The notes beneath the pieces were generated by a model. That model ran no database searches. It had not been told where the DNA came from and was given only the letters and a program-made list of their open reading frames with translations. Positions 36,347-51,909 of a DNA stretch of 64,000 nucleotides are shown here, piece after piece. Each line of letters opens with the position of its first letter. The first letter of the stretch is position 1. The position numbers and the translations under genes are program-made. This DNA comes from Pseudomonadota bacterium (GTDB taxonomy: Bacteria; Pseudomonadota; Gammaproteobacteria; Steroidobacterales; Steroidobacteraceae). The stretch is taken from positions 1,273 through 65,272 of the forward strand of contig JAJZMI010000050.1 of the NCBI GenBank assembly GCA_021798335.1, given 5' to 3'.

Positions 36347-36405
36347 AGCTGTCTAAGAGAGTAGACTCCGGGTGAAACCCCCGGAGTCTACTCTCTTAGA
36401 CAGCT
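36347..36405. repeat. Perfect 26-bp inverted repeat with a 7-nt loop
   Basis: AGCTGTCTAAGAGAGTAGACTCCGGG (36347-36372), TGAAACC, CCCGGAGTCTACTCTCTTAGACAGCT (36380-36405). The right arm is the first readable part of the IS701-like remnant. Confidence 0.95.
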
Positions 36406-36875
36406 GGCTGTGGGATAAGCACAGCCCCACTGCTCACTGTTGGCATTTGATTGTGAGACGGGAGTTGAATTCTCCGGGTACCCTCAAATTCAGCTTGAGC
36501 AACGCTTCGGCCAAGACGAGCATGACCAAGTTGGCGCAGATGCAAGCACAACGCTTCTGGATCGAGCGCGCCTTCCAGGACGCCAAGAGCCATATCGGAA
36601 TGGCGCAATATCAAGCAAGACAATGGCCCTCCTGGCATCGTCACATGGCCCTGGTGATGATGGCGATGCTATTCATGTTGCAGGCGCGACTCAAACACAT
36701 CGATACCCACCCGTTGCTCAGCTGCTACGACATCCAGATCTTGCTCGCCACCACGTTGCCGGACCGACGTAGCAGCCAGGAAGAAGTGATGAGGCAGCTG
36801 CGAACTCGACACGAAAAACGCCAGGCCCTAATCGAAGCGGCGAACCGCAGATCAAAACGCAACTCATTGATATGA
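36372..36875 (+). pseudogene. IS701-family-like transposase, C-terminal remnant only
   Basis: QRFWIERAFQDAKSHIGMAQYQARQWPSWHRHMALVMMAMLFML is the typical C-terminal DDE block of IS701/IS4-type transposases. The N-terminal two thirds are missing. Confidence 0.65.
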
Positions 36876-36876
36876 C

Positions 36877-36954
36877 TGTGATTCAAAGTGACGGAGTAGA
36901 ATTAGTAACCGACAGGTCATAGCCGAAACGCGACGAACTCAGATTCAAAAGAGG
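36877..36954. repeat. Possible Tn7-like left-end fragment (TGTG + three degenerate sites)
   Basis: TGTGATTCAAAGTGACGGA (36877-36895), TAGAATTAGTAACCGAC (36897-36913) and CAGATTCAAAAGAGG (36940-36954) are the complement-orientation version of the CGACTTTGATTC motif. Spacing to the TGT differs from the right ends. Confidence 0.35.
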
Positions 36955-36959
36955 CACCC

Positions 36960-37418
36960 TCAGTCCGCCTCGGGTTCATTGAGCCGCCACGGGACCGATG
37001 AAGCGGCAAACGCGAGCTGCACCAATGGTAGGCCCTTGAGTTCGCAAAGGCTCGGTGCTGACTTTTGGCATAGGTGAACGGTAAAGCCCGTCCCAAGTTC
37101 CACAGGCGGAAAATCTCCGGATTCATCCAACGTCCCGATGAAGTGGAACCAGCCGCCATAGTGGTGTTTTCCCGGAGAGAGCCGGCCGTTATGATAGACC
37201 TCACCGTCTTTCGCCGGATCAATACCAAGCGTCGTCAGTAGAGACAAGAAGGTCGATGGGAAGACTTCAGTTCGTGCAGCGACAAAATTTCTGCATCCAT
37301 TGCAGGTGCATCGGCTGGAATAGCCAAGACCTGCGCGCGTATAGACCTCCGCAGTGGCCGCGCGGTCGCACGTGTATCGCCACTTTCCGAGAGAAGCCAT
37401 CGATTTCCGCTCGCACAA
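36960..37418 (-). CDS. Hypothetical 152-aa Cys-containing protein
   Basis: The composition is protein-like: WRYTCDRAATAEVY...CTCNGCRNFVAARTEVFPSTFLSLLTTLGIDPAKDGEVYH...HHYGGWFHFIGTL. I can assign no function. Confidence 0.5.
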   Translation of the reverse strand: MCERKSMASLGKWRYTCDRAATAEVYTRAGLGYSSRCTCNGCRNFVAARTEVFPSTFLSLLTTLGIDPAKDGEVYHNGRLSPGKHHYGGWFHFIGTLDESGDFPPVELGTGFTVHLCQKSAPSLCELKGLPLVQLAFAASSVPWRLNEPEAD

Positions 37419-37814
37419 TCTGCCTGCTGGACCAAGCTTCCACGAATGGCCGCTATCCGGTCAACCATTTCGCTGTGCGAGTGACGGCAATTGGCCGCTA
37501 TGCAGATTTATGCATAGTGGCCGAGAGGCGCTGGCCAGCGATAGCGTAGTCGTGATCCTGGCGTTTAAGGGCGAAATATGCGATTTGGAAATATTTTTCA
37601 ATATTTCGGCCAGCCTGATTGGCTAGGCGCTTTTTTTTGGACCAATTGGTCCTGGATACCGGTTCCTCGGTTCTCACGTTGTGCGCCGCGGGCACGCGCA
37701 AAGCCTGTTCCCCGGCCTGTTCTGCTAGCGGAAAGCGCTCCGTCGCGAAGGACAGAGGCGATTCGGGCTGCGCGCAGAACTGTTGCCGCCGTAGGGAGGC
37801 AACAGAGGGTCTGT

Positions 37815-38900
37815 CTAGTGTAGTGCTTCATTCTGTTTGGAACTTAAGCGGCTATTTGCACGAATGACCTTTTGCAAGATATCGCGAGCGCTCTTGGTCC
37901 AAATGAATGGCTTGGGATTGGTATTGTGATGCGCGATGTAGTCATCGATGGCGGCGACCAATTCGGGCACGCTCGTGAACACACCGCGGCGCAGCCGTTC
38001 CACCGTGATGTCCCGAAAGAACCGCTCAACCATGTTCAACCACGAGGCCGAGGTCGGCGTGAAGTGCATGTGGATACGCGGTCGTTTCGCAAGCCACCGC
38101 TGCACGGCCGGATGCTTGTGGGTAGCGTAATTGTCGGCGATCAAATGCAATTCCTTGTCCGCCGGCGTTTCACGCTCGATCTGGCGCAGGAACTTCAGCC
38201 ACTCGATGTGGCGATGCCGCTGCTGACATTGGGCAATCACCTGTCCGTCGAGGACGTTGAGCGCCGCGAACAACGTGGTCGTCCCGTTGCGCTTGTAATC
38301 GTGCGTCATCGTCGCCGCGCGTCCCTTCTTCATCGGCAACCCAGGTTGCGTGCGATCCAGCGCCTGTACTTGACTCTTCTCATCACAGCACAAGACCAAC
38401 GCGTGATCCGGCGGGGACATGTACAGGCCGACGATGTCCTCGAGCTTCTCTACAAACTGCGGATCACGCGAGACCTTGAAGCCTCGCACCCGATGCGGCT
38501 TCAGCCCGTGCTGGCGCCACACCCGCAGCACCGTGGTGTCGCTGACGCCCACCTGCGCCGCCATCGAGCGCGTGCTCCATTGCGTGGCGTTGGCAGGCAA
38601 AGTCTGCGTCGTCAGTCGCACGATCTGCGCCGCGTCAACCTTCACCGGTCGCCCGCCGCGCGGCAAATCCTGCTCAATCGCCGCCAAGCCGCCCTCGATA
38701 TAGCGATTGCGCCAGCGTCCGACTTGAACACGACCAACGCCCACCTGGGCGGCAATCGTATGGTTGTCCAACCCGTCCGCCGCACCCAGTACGATCTGCG
38801 CGCGGCGCGCCAATCGAACACTGACCGTCTTGGATCGAGCCAGCTGCAGCAACTTCGCTCGCTCCTCGTTCAACAACACAATCTCCGCCGCTTTGCGCAT
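37815..38900 (-). CDS. IS630-family DDE transposase
   Basis: 361 aa with N-terminal HTH domains and a DDE core ([14 protein letters not shown]...[13 protein letters not shown]...[13 protein letters not shown]). Confidence 0.9.
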   Translation of the reverse strand: MRKAAEIVLLNEERAKLLQLARSKTVSVRLARRAQIVLGAADGLDNHTIAAQVGVGRVQVGRWRNRYIEGGLAAIEQDLPRGGRPVKVDAAQIVRLTTQTLPANATQWSTRSMAAQVGVSDTTVLRVWRQHGLKPHRVRGFKVSRDPQFVEKLEDIVGLYMSPPDHALVLCCDEKSQVQALDRTQPGLPMKKGRAATMTHDYKRNGTTTLFAALNVLDGQVIAQCQQRHRHIEWLKFLRQIERETPADKELHLIADNYATHKHPAVQRWLAKRPRIHMHFTPTSASWLNMVERFFRDITVERLRRGVFTSVPELVAAIDDYIAHHNTNPKPFIWTKSARDILQKVIRANSRLSSKQNEALH

Positions 38901-38981
38901 CGCTCGTTCCCCATTGATCGCCTCAATGGTAAGACAGGAATTGCGCTGATCGGCTCCGTTAATTATGAAGCACTACACTAG
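37815..38981 (-). mobile_element. Intact IS630-family insertion sequence
   Basis: Perfect 17-bp terminal inverted repeats CTAGTGTAGTGCTTCAT (37815-37831) and ATGAAGCACTACACTAG (38965-38981), each containing a TA (the IS630/Tc1 target). A single uninterrupted 361-aa transposase ORF lies inside. Confidence 0.9.
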
Positions 38982-39144
38982 CTGTATGTGGGCAGTACCG
39001 TTAGCGGGTAACAAATAGACCGCCCCGTGAGCACTCGGCCTCCTCAGCTGGCTTGCCCGATTCTTAGCCAGTCTGGAGCACAAAGGAGCACTTCATGGGA
39101 TTATTGGCTACGCCGGAGCAGCTCCGAGATATTAGGTCACCCGG

Positions 39145-39213
39145 ACAGGAAACGACTCTATTCCACAGGAACCAACTTTATTCCCGAGGATACGACTTTA
39201 ATTACATGCCACA
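39145..39213. repeat. Tn7-like right end abutting attTn7 (glmS 3' end)
   Basis: Three contiguous 20-21-bp direct repeats: ACAGGAAACGACTCTATTCC (39145-39164), ACAGGAACCAACTTTATTCC (39165-39184) and CGAGGATACGACTTTAATTAC (39185-39205). The terminal octamer is ATGCCACA (39206-39213), which reads TGTGGCAT from outside. Exactly 25 nt (39214-39238) separate the terminus from the glmS stop codon. Confidence 0.7.
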
Positions 39214-39238
39214 TTAATGTCCGTTTCTAAAAGCCCGC

Positions 39239-41071
39239 TCACTCCACCGTCACGCTCTTGGCGAGATTGCGCGGCTGATCGACGTCCGTGCCCTTCATGA
39301 TGGCGACGTGATAGGCGAGCAGCTGCAGGGGTATGGTGTACACGATGGGCGATTGGAAATAGCTCACGTGTCTGGGCATCTCGATGACGGTAACACCGTC
39401 GCTCGGCTGCAACCCCGATTCCGGATCGGCGAAGACGATGAGCTCGCCGCCGCGCGCCCGCACCTCCATCAGATTCGACTTCAGCTTTTCCAACAGGTCG
39501 TTGTTGGGTGCCACGGCAACCACGGGCATATCCGCGTCCACGAGCGCGAGCGGACCGTGCTTGAGCTCGCCGGCCGGATAGCTCTCGGCATGAATGTAGG
39601 AGATCTCCTTGAGCTTCAGTGCCCCTTCCATCGCGATGGGATACAGGCCACCGCGACCGAGGAACAAGGTGTGGTGCTTGTCGGCGAAGCGCTCGGCGAG
39701 TTTGTGGATGACGGGATCGAGCGTGAGCGCCTTCTCGACGAGCGCAGGCAGTTCCACCAGCCGCGTGACCAGACCCCGCTCGCGCTCGGCGTCGGCGCCC
39801 TGATGGCGGGCGAGGGCGATGGTCAGCATGGCGAGCGCGGTCAGCTGGGTCGTGAATGCCTTGGTCGAGGCGACGCCGATCTCGGGGCCGGCGCGCGTCA
39901 GCATCACCAGCTCCGACTCGCGCACCAGGGAGCTTTCCGGAGCGTTGCAGATGGCAAGCTGGGATAGATAACCCGATTGCCGGGCAAGGCGCAGCGCCGC
40001 CAGCGTATCGGCCGTCTCGCCGGACTGCGAGATCGTGACGAACAGCGAGTCGGGCGGCACCAGCGGATTGCGGTAGCGGTATTCGCTGGCGATGTCGACT
40101 GCACACGGAAGGCGGCAGATCTGCTCGATGAAATAGCGCACCACGGAAGCGGCATGATAGCTGGTGCCGCACGCGACGATGTGCACGCACCGCACACGCT
40201 TGAAGACCTCGGTGGCGGCCGGGCCGAACGCGGCCTCCAGCAGGCGGCCGTGGGCGACGCGCTCGGCGAGTGTGTCCGCGATGGCGCGCGGCTGCTCGTG
40301 GATTTCCTTGAGCATGAAATGGCGGTATGGACCCTTTTCCGCCGGATCGGCGCTGAGGTCACTTTCCCGAACCGGCCGCTCCGCAGCGCCGCCCTTGCGG
40401 TCGACGATGCGCACGCTGGTGCGCCGGATCTCGGCGACATCCCCCTCCTCGAGAAACATGAAGCGCCGCGTCACGGGCAACAGCGCTGCAACGTCGGAGG
40501 CGACGAAATTCTCCTCGACACCGAGGCCGATGACCACGGGGCACCCCTGGCGCGCCACGACCAGTCGCTGCGGGTCGTGGTCACTGATCACGGCGAGCGC
40601 ATAGGCACCTTGCAGCTCGGCGACGGTGGCTCGCACTGCTTCGAACAGATCCCGCAGGGTGTTCAAATGAAGATGAATGCGGTGCGCCACCACTTCGGTA
40701 TCGGTCTCCGAAGTGAACCGATAGCCGCGCTTCTCCAGATCGGCCCGGAGTGCTTCGTGGTTTTCGATGATGCCGTTGTGCACGACGGCTAATCCGTCCT
40801 GCGAGACGTGAGGATGCGCATTGCGCTCGCTGGGCACGCCATGTGTCGCCCAGCGCGTATGCGCAATCCCGGTGCCGCCGCCGATAGGCGTCGCGGCCAA
40901 GGCTTGCTCGAGCATTTTGACCTTGCCGACGGTACGCATGCGGGCCAACCTGCCCGAATGAATGACCGCCAGACCCGCGGAGTCGTAACCCCGATACTCG
41001 AGCCGCCGCAACCCTTCAATCAGCACCGGGACGATATTGCGCTCGGCGATTGCTCCGACGATTCCGCACAT
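39239..41071 (-). CDS. glmS: Glutamine--fructose-6-phosphate aminotransferase
   Basis: 610 aa. It starts [12 protein letters not shown] (N-terminal Cys nucleophile), has two SIS domains, and ends ...[15 protein letters not shown]. Confidence 0.97.
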   Translation of the reverse strand: MCGIVGAIAERNIVPVLIEGLRRLEYRGYDSAGLAVIHSGRLARMRTVGKVKMLEQALAATPIGGGTGIAHTRWATHGVPSERNAHPHVSQDGLAVVHNGIIENHEALRADLEKRGYRFTSETDTEVVAHRIHLHLNTLRDLFEAVRATVAELQGAYALAVISDHDPQRLVVARQGCPVVIGLGVEENFVASDVAALLPVTRRFMFLEEGDVAEIRRTSVRIVDRKGGAAERPVRESDLSADPAEKGPYRHFMLKEIHEQPRAIADTLAERVAHGRLLEAAFGPAATEVFKRVRCVHIVACGTSYHAASVVRYFIEQICRLPCAVDIASEYRYRNPLVPPDSLFVTISQSGETADTLAALRLARQSGYLSQLAICNAPESSLVRESELVMLTRAGPEIGVASTKAFTTQLTALAMLTIALARHQGADAERERGLVTRLVELPALVEKALTLDPVIHKLAERFADKHHTLFLGRGGLYPIAMEGALKLKEISYIHAESYPAGELKHGPLALVDADMPVVAVAPNNDLLEKLKSNLMEVRARGGELIVFADPESGLQPSDGVTVIEMPRHVSYFQSPIVYTIPLQLLAYHVAIMKGTDVDQPRNLAKSVTVE

Positions 41072-41393
41072 GGCCTAGATCCTGCCGTCTCGAAAGTCCG
41101 TGAGTTTGCCTGAACTTCGCCGCGACCGTCCTGCCCCAGGAGCCGCCGGCTCTGTCGTCCGGGCACGACCGTTCGGAACAGTCCCGCCGCTCCCGCAGAG
41201 CCGCAGGCATGCACGCTCGCAAGCCGCGAATAGATCCCCGGTGCCTCGCGCACAATGGATCGTCGGGGCCAGGAGACCTTGTGTTAATTGAATTTTCGCA
41301 ACCATTCCCCGCATGATCACAGCATTTTCTGCTAGAGGACCCCATCGGTCAATGCGGATGGACCGGCTCAAATCCATCCCATAGTCTGCCTCT

Positions 41394-42284
41394 GTGAGCA
41401 CGGTATCCCGCCGACACCCTCCAAGCTACACGGACTTGCGGACGATGGCCCGCGCGAGCATCGCCGGCGCGATCAAGGTGCTCGATACGCGCCGTTTGAC
41501 GGACAAGGAGGTGCACTCGGCGCGCAAGAACCTCAAGCGGGCGCGCGCGATGCTGCGCTTGCTGCGCCCCTCGATCGGAAAACGCGCATATCACCGCGAG
41601 AACGGATCGCTGCGCGACTGTGCACGAGGTCTGAGCATGCTGCGCGACGGCAGGGCGCTGCTCGACACCGCGACACTGCTTCGGGCCCGCGTCCGATCGG
41701 CCGATGAGCGCTCCGCCGTGAGGCGCCTGGCGGCGCTCTTGGAGCACGACCACATGCTGGCGCGGCGCGCGCTGACCCGAGACCGGACCGCCATCGACGC
41801 CATGCGCGAGACATTGCGGTCGAGCTACCGCCGAACCGCGCACTGGCGGCCGCGTCCTGGCACGGATCGGCCCGGCCGGGGCGTGAGGCGGGTCTACAGC
41901 CGCGGGTGCGCCGCCCAGAAACGCGCGCAGGCGCATCGAACCGCCGCGAATCTCCATGAGCTGCGCAAGCAAACCAAGTATCTGTACCACCAGCTCGAAG
42001 CACTCGAACCGCTGCAGCCGGGCCGGATCACCAGACTCGCAGAGCGGATGCGCCAATTGGCAGATTTGCTCGGAGACGAGCACAACCTGAATGTGCTGCG
42101 GGCGCGGGTTGCGCACAGCCCCCTCGAGCGTCGCGACCGCATCCGCCTGCGGCGGATCATCGACCACGCGCGCGCGAAGTTGGACCGTGCGGCGCTGGCC
42201 CGGGCACACCGCATGTACCGGCAACCGCCGGCCGTGTTCGCCGCCCTTCTCGATCGCCGTGCGCCGCCGGTGCGGGACACGTAG
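41394..42284 (+). CDS. CHAD-domain protein
   Basis: 296 aa, helical and Arg/His-rich, with repeated H..RK..KR.R / LHELRKQTKYLYHQLE patterns typical of CHAD domains. Confidence 0.7.
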   Translation: MSTVSRRHPPSYTDLRTMARASIAGAIKVLDTRRLTDKEVHSARKNLKRARAMLRLLRPSIGKRAYHRENGSLRDCARGLSMLRDGRALLDTATLLRARVRSADERSAVRRLAALLEHDHMLARRALTRDRTAIDAMRETLRSSYRRTAHWRPRPGTDRPGRGVRRVYSRGCAAQKRAQAHRTAANLHELRKQTKYLYHQLEALEPLQPGRITRLAERMRQLADLLGDEHNLNVLRARVAHSPLERRDRIRLRRIIDHARAKLDRAALARAHRMYRQPPAVFAALLDRRAPPVRDT

Positions 42285-42324
42285 GGCCGCCCGGCGGAAC
42301 CGCGGACCCGGCCGTGAAAGCCCC

Positions 42325-43719
42325 CTACTTGGGCTTCTTCACCGGCCGCTGCCAGTCCTCAAGGGTACTCTGACGGGCCCGCGCGATGGTGAGCCTGCCT
42401 GCGGGGACTTCATGGACGACGGTCGAGCCCGCGGCAATCGTGGCGCCCTCGCCCACCGTGATCGGCGCCACCAGCACGCTGTTCGATCCCGTGTGGGCAT
42501 CGTCATGGATGATCGTGCGATGCTTGTTCGCGCCGTCATAGTTGGCGACGATCGTGCCGGCGCCGATGTTGACACGGGCGCCGACTTTCGCATCCCCGAC
42601 GTAGGACAGGTGATTGGCCTTCGAATCCGTACCGAGGGTCGAGTTCTTGACCTCCACGAAGTTGCCGATGTGCACGCCCGGGCCGAGCGCGGTGGTCGGT
42701 CGCACGCGGGAAAACGGCCCGATGCGGGCGGCGGCGCCGATCACCGCACCGTCCAGCACGCAGAACGGAAACAGCTCGGTGTCATCGCCCACTTCGCTGT
42801 CGCGTATGACGCAGCCGGAACCGATGCGGACCCGGTTGCCGAGCTTCACCCTGCCTTCGAATACCACGTTGACGTCGACGAAGACGTCCTGACCATGCGT
42901 GACCGAGCCGCGCACGTCGATGCGAGCCGGATCGACCACCGTCACACCAGCCGTCATGAGCGTCTGCGCCGCCCGGCGCCGGCAGACTGCCTCGAGCTGC
43001 GCAAGCTGCGTCTTGTCATTGACACCCAGGGCATCGATGGAATCGGCGAGGGACACCGCGGTGACCGTGGCGCCCTGCGCCACCGCCAGCCCGATCACGT
43101 CGGTGAGGTAGTACTCGCCCTGCGCGTTGTCGTTGCGCAACTGCGCGAGCCAGTCCTTGAGCCGGCGCGCCGGCGCTGCCAACACCCCGGTGTTGCATTC
43201 CCGGACGGCGAGCTGCTCGGGCGTCGCATCCTTCTGCTCGACGTTGCGCACGACTCGACCGGACGCATCGCGCACGATCCGGCCGTAGCCGGCCGGATCC
43301 TCGGGCACCATCGTGAGCACGGCCAGCTCGCCGGCGGCGCCTATTCGGACCAGGCGCGCGAGCGGCTCTGCGCCGAGCAGGGGCACGTCGCCGTACAGCA
43401 CCAACACAGTATCGCCGTCCGGGACGTGCGGCACCGCCTGCTGCACGGCATGGCCGGTGCCGAGTTGCCGCTCCTGCGGGACCCATTGCACGCTTTCGCC
43501 GGGAAATGCGGCCCGTACCTGCTCGCCGGCATGGCCGTACACGACCAGGATGCGCTGCGGCGAGAGGCGGTGAGCCGTATCGAGGACGTGCGCGAGCAGC
43601 GGCCGCCCGGTCAGCGGCTGCAGCACCTTCGGCAGCCCGGAGTTCATCCGCCTGCCCTCGCCCGCGGCGAGAATCACCACCGAAAGCCCCGTCGAGTGCG
43701 TGGACGCTGCAGTGCTCAT
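42325..43719 (-). CDS. glmU: Bifunctional UDP-N-acetylglucosamine diphosphorylase / glucosamine-1-phosphate N-acetyltransferase
   Basis: 464 aa. LSVVILAAGEGRRMNSGLPKVLQPL forms the nucleotidyltransferase domain, followed by a C-terminal left-handed beta-helix of hexapeptide repeats. Confidence 0.95.
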   Translation of the reverse strand: MSTAASTHSTGLSVVILAAGEGRRMNSGLPKVLQPLTGRPLLAHVLDTAHRLSPQRILVVYGHAGEQVRAAFPGESVQWVPQERQLGTGHAVQQAVPHVPDGDTVLVLYGDVPLLGAEPLARLVRIGAAGELAVLTMVPEDPAGYGRIVRDASGRVVRNVEQKDATPEQLAVRECNTGVLAAPARRLKDWLAQLRNDNAQGEYYLTDVIGLAVAQGATVTAVSLADSIDALGVNDKTQLAQLEAVCRRRAAQTLMTAGVTVVDPARIDVRGSVTHGQDVFVDVNVVFEGRVKLGNRVRIGSGCVIRDSEVGDDTELFPFCVLDGAVIGAAARIGPFSRVRPTTALGPGVHIGNFVEVKNSTLGTDSKANHLSYVGDAKVGARVNIGAGTIVANYDGANKHRTIIHDDAHTGSNSVLVAPITVGEGATIAAGSTVVHEVPAGRLTIARARQSTLEDWQRPVKKPK

Positions 43720-43757
43720 ACGGACCCTTATGGTGCGGGCCAGGCGCCGGCGCGCAT

Positions 43758-44186
43758 CTAGCTCCGGATTTTTCGCAGCCGCGCGATGACTTTCAATTGC
43801 GCCGCCGCGCGGGCGAGTTCGGCCAGCGCCTCGGCCTGAGTGATCAGGCCGCTGCGGTCCTTCAGCGCCTCCTCGGCGCGCTGCTTGGCGGCAAGCGCCG
43901 CGGCCTCGTCGATGTCTTTGGCGCGCAGCGCCGTGTCGGCCAGAACCGTCACATGATGCGGCTGTACCTCGATCGCCCCGCCGCCGACGAAGAAGAACTG
44001 CTCCTGGCCATCCGGTGTCTGAATCCTGACCTCGCCCGGCTTGAGCATCGAGAGCAGCGGCGCGTGGCGCGGCGCCACGCCGATGTCACCCTGGGAGGCC
44101 GGCGCGAACACCATGGTGGCCGCCCCCGAGAAGACTTCGCCCTCGGCACTGACGATGTCGACCTGAATGGTGCTCGGTTGGGTCAT
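43758..44186 (-). CDS. atpC: F1 ATP synthase epsilon subunit
   Basis: ATG at 44186 (MTQPSTIQVDIVSAEGEVFSG...), 142 aa. The longer track ORF (to 44645) runs through the atpD 3' end in another frame. Confidence 0.9.
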   Translation of the reverse strand: MTQPSTIQVDIVSAEGEVFSGAATMVFAPASQGDIGVAPRHAPLLSMLKPGEVRIQTPDGQEQFFFVGGGAIEVQPHHVTVLADTALRAKDIDEAAALAAKQRAEEALKDRSGLITQAEALAELARAAAQLKVIARLRKIRS

Positions 44187-44196
44187 GACGCACCTC

Positions 44197-46511
<2,315 letters not shown>

Positions 46512-46521
46512 CAGGCGACCC

Positions 46522-48063
<1,542 letters not shown>

Positions 48064-48086
48064 AACAGTGTTCCCCGGGAAAATGC

Positions 48087-48617
48087 TTACGCGGTCAACG
48101 CACGGGCGACGCGCTCGAGCCTGCTGCGCAACGAGCCATCGATGACCAGATCGCCGGCGCGCACGCTGGCGCCGCCGATCAATGCCGGATCATGCGTGCA
48201 ACGCAGACGCACGGTACGCCCCAGCCGCCGCTCGAGCGCCGCGGCGAGCATACCCTGCTGGGTCTCACTCAGCGCGCAGGCAGAGGTCACCTCCACATCG
48301 ACAGTCCCCTCGGCCCGAGCCTTGAGGTCCTCGAAGCGCGCGGAGACTTCCGCCAGACAGCCGAGCCGGTGATTTTCGGCGAGTATGCGGATGAAGTTGC
48401 GTGTGGCCGGCTCCAGGCTCGGGCCGGCGACGGCCGCCACCAGCTCGGCAAGCTGCTCGCTCGGGATGCGCGGATCGTGCAGCAAGGCCTCGACCCGTGG
48501 ATCGGCGACCGCGCGCGCGGCGCGGCGCAAGGCTTCGGACCACGGCGCAAGCTGGCCGCGCGCCGCCTCGAAGGCGGCCTTGGCATAGGGTCTGGCGATG
48601 GTGCTCTTGTCCGGCAT
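48087..48617 (-). CDS. atpH: F1 ATP synthase delta subunit
   Basis: 176 aa. It has the OSCP-type start ([13 protein letters not shown]) and the expected position in the operon. Confidence 0.9.
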   Translation of the reverse strand: MPDKSTIARPYAKAAFEAARGQLAPWSEALRRAARAVADPRVEALLHDPRIPSEQLAELVAAVAGPSLEPATRNFIRILAENHRLGCLAEVSARFEDLKARAEGTVDVEVTSACALSETQQGMLAAALERRLGRTVRLRCTHDPALIGGASVRAGDLVIDGSLRSRLERVARALTA

Positions 48618-48629
48618 CGTCTGGCTCGC

Positions 48630-49100
48630 TCAGATCTGTGCGGCGAATTCTTCGAGCAGCGCCGCGTGAGCGTGGGGATCGATCTCGCGCTCGAGGAGCT
48701 TCGCGGCGGCCGCCACGGCGATCGCGCCGACCTGCCGGCGCAGCTGCTCGCGGGCGCGGGCGGCATCCAGCTCGATCTGCTGCTGCGCGGCGACGAGCAG
48801 GCGCTGGCCCTCCTGCGTCGCGGCAACGCGGGCGTGCTCGACGATCTCGTTGGCGCTGTGCTGGGCCTGATCGAGGATGACGCCGGCACGCTCGCGCGCC
48901 TCGCGCAGGATCGCCTCGGCTCCCGCGCGGGCCTGCCTCAGTTCCTCCTCGCCCTTGTCGGCCGCAGCCAAACCTTGCGCAATCCGCCGCTCACGCTCCT
49001 GCATCGGGCCGAGGATCATCGGCCACACGAATTTCATCGTAAACCAGACGAGCGCGGCGAACGCCAGCATCTGGACGAGGAGCGTCAGATTTATATGCAC
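48630..49100 (-). CDS. atpF: F0 ATP synthase subunit b
   Basis: 156 aa with a single N-terminal TM helix and a long charged helix. Confidence 0.9.
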   Translation of the reverse strand: MHINLTLLVQMLAFAALVWFTMKFVWPMILGPMQERERRIAQGLAAADKGEEELRQARAGAEAILREARERAGVILDQAQHSANEIVEHARVAATQEGQRLLVAAQQQIELDAARAREQLRRQVGAIAVAAAAKLLEREIDPHAHAALLEEFAAQI

Positions 49101-49146
49101 GGTCGCCTCCTTCCGAGAAGCGCTTTAGCGGGGGCCCGCAGGCGGC

Positions 49147-49419
<273 letters not shown>

Positions 49420-49465
49420 TCAAATCTCCTCGGACAGGAATGCATTTTGGATCGAGACGAGCCGG

Positions 49466-50934
<1,469 letters not shown>

Positions 50935-50997
50935 ATCGGTGAAATTCGTGTGAAATCAATCCGCGGCGCGCCCGGAGCGGCATTCCCCGCGGTCCGT

Positions 50998-51909
50998 TCA
51001 ACGAATGTGGGCGAGAATGCCGTCCAATTCATCGAGACTATTGTAGGAAATCACCAGCGAGCCCTGGCCGCCCGTGGCCTGGCGAATGGCCACCCGGGCC
51101 CCGAGCTTCTCGGTGAGCTGCTGCTCCAGGTGGCGCACGTCGGGATCCGCCGCGGGCGGTGCGCTGCGCGCTTCGCCCGGTGGGTTCAGCATGCGGCGCA
51201 CCAGGACCTCTGTCTGGCGCACCGACAGACCCTTGGCCACGACCTCGGCGGCCGCCCGCTGCTGTGCCGCGCGCTCGGGCAGCGCGAGCAGCGCCCGGGC
51301 GTGCCCCATCTCGATCCGGCGCCGCTCGATCAGCTCGCAGACTTCCGCGGAGAGCTCCAGCAGCCGCAGCAGATTGCTCACCCCGGCGCGCGAGCGGCCC
51401 ACCGCGGCGGCGGCCTGCGCGTGCGTGAGCCGGAATTCGCTGATCAGTCGCTGCAGCGCCCGCGCCTCCTCCAGGGGGTTGAGGTTCTCGCGCTGAATGT
51501 TCTCGATCAGCGCCACGGCAATCGCCGCGTCGTCGGGAATGTGCCGCACGATCGCCGGGATGTCCGCGAGACCGGCCAGCTGCGCGGCACGCCAGCGGCG
51601 CTCGCCCGCGATGATCTCGTAGCGCGCCCCCCCGGCGCCTGCCACCGGCAGGGGCCTCACGACGATCGGCTGCACCACGCCCTGGGCCTTGATCGAGCCG
51701 GCCAGCTCTTCCAGGGACTCCGGATGCAGGTCCGTGCGCGGCTGATATTTGCCGCGCTGCAGCGCATCGAGCGGCAGCCGCCTCAGCTCGTCCCCTTCGG
51801 GGGCGGGGCGCTCGGCAGAAGGCGTTTGGGCGTCGGACTGCGGCGCACGGGCGCTCGAGCCCAGCAGGTCCGCCAGACCGCGGCCCAAGGTCGGTTTCTT
51901 CTGGGTCAT
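50998..51909 (-). CDS. parB: Chromosome partitioning protein ParB
   Basis: 303 aa. It starts [12 protein letters not shown], has the ParB box [10 protein letters not shown]...[13 protein letters not shown], and an HTH. Confidence 0.93.
   Translation of the reverse strand: MTQKKPTLGRGLADLLGSSARAPQSDAQTPSAERPAPEGDELRRLPLDALQRGKYQPRTDLHPESLEELAGSIKAQGVVQPIVVRPLPVAGAGGARYEIIAGERRWRAAQLAGLADIPAIVRHIPDDAAIAVALIENIQRENLNPLEEARALQRLISEFRLTHAQAAAAVGRSRAGVSNLLRLLELSAEVCELIERRRIEMGHARALLALPERAAQQRAAAEVVAKGLSVRQTEVLVRRMLNPPGEARSAPPAADPDVRHLEQQLTEKLGARVAIRQATGGQGSLVISYNSLDELDGILAHIR

Noticed and set aside
38987-39020. TGTGGGCAGTACCGTTAGCGGGTAACAAATAGACC, which begins like the Tn7 terminus TGTGGGCGG
   Set aside because: It lies 190-230 bp inside the right end and is not followed by sites matching the local CGACTTTRATT motif in the left-end orientation. 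It is most likely part of the right-end internal region or a coincidence.
42091-43761. 556-aa ORF on the plus strand
   Set aside because: It is entirely antisense to the unmistakable glmU gene. Its Arg/Gly/His/Asp-rich low-complexity translation is typical of the open antisense frame in high-GC DNA.
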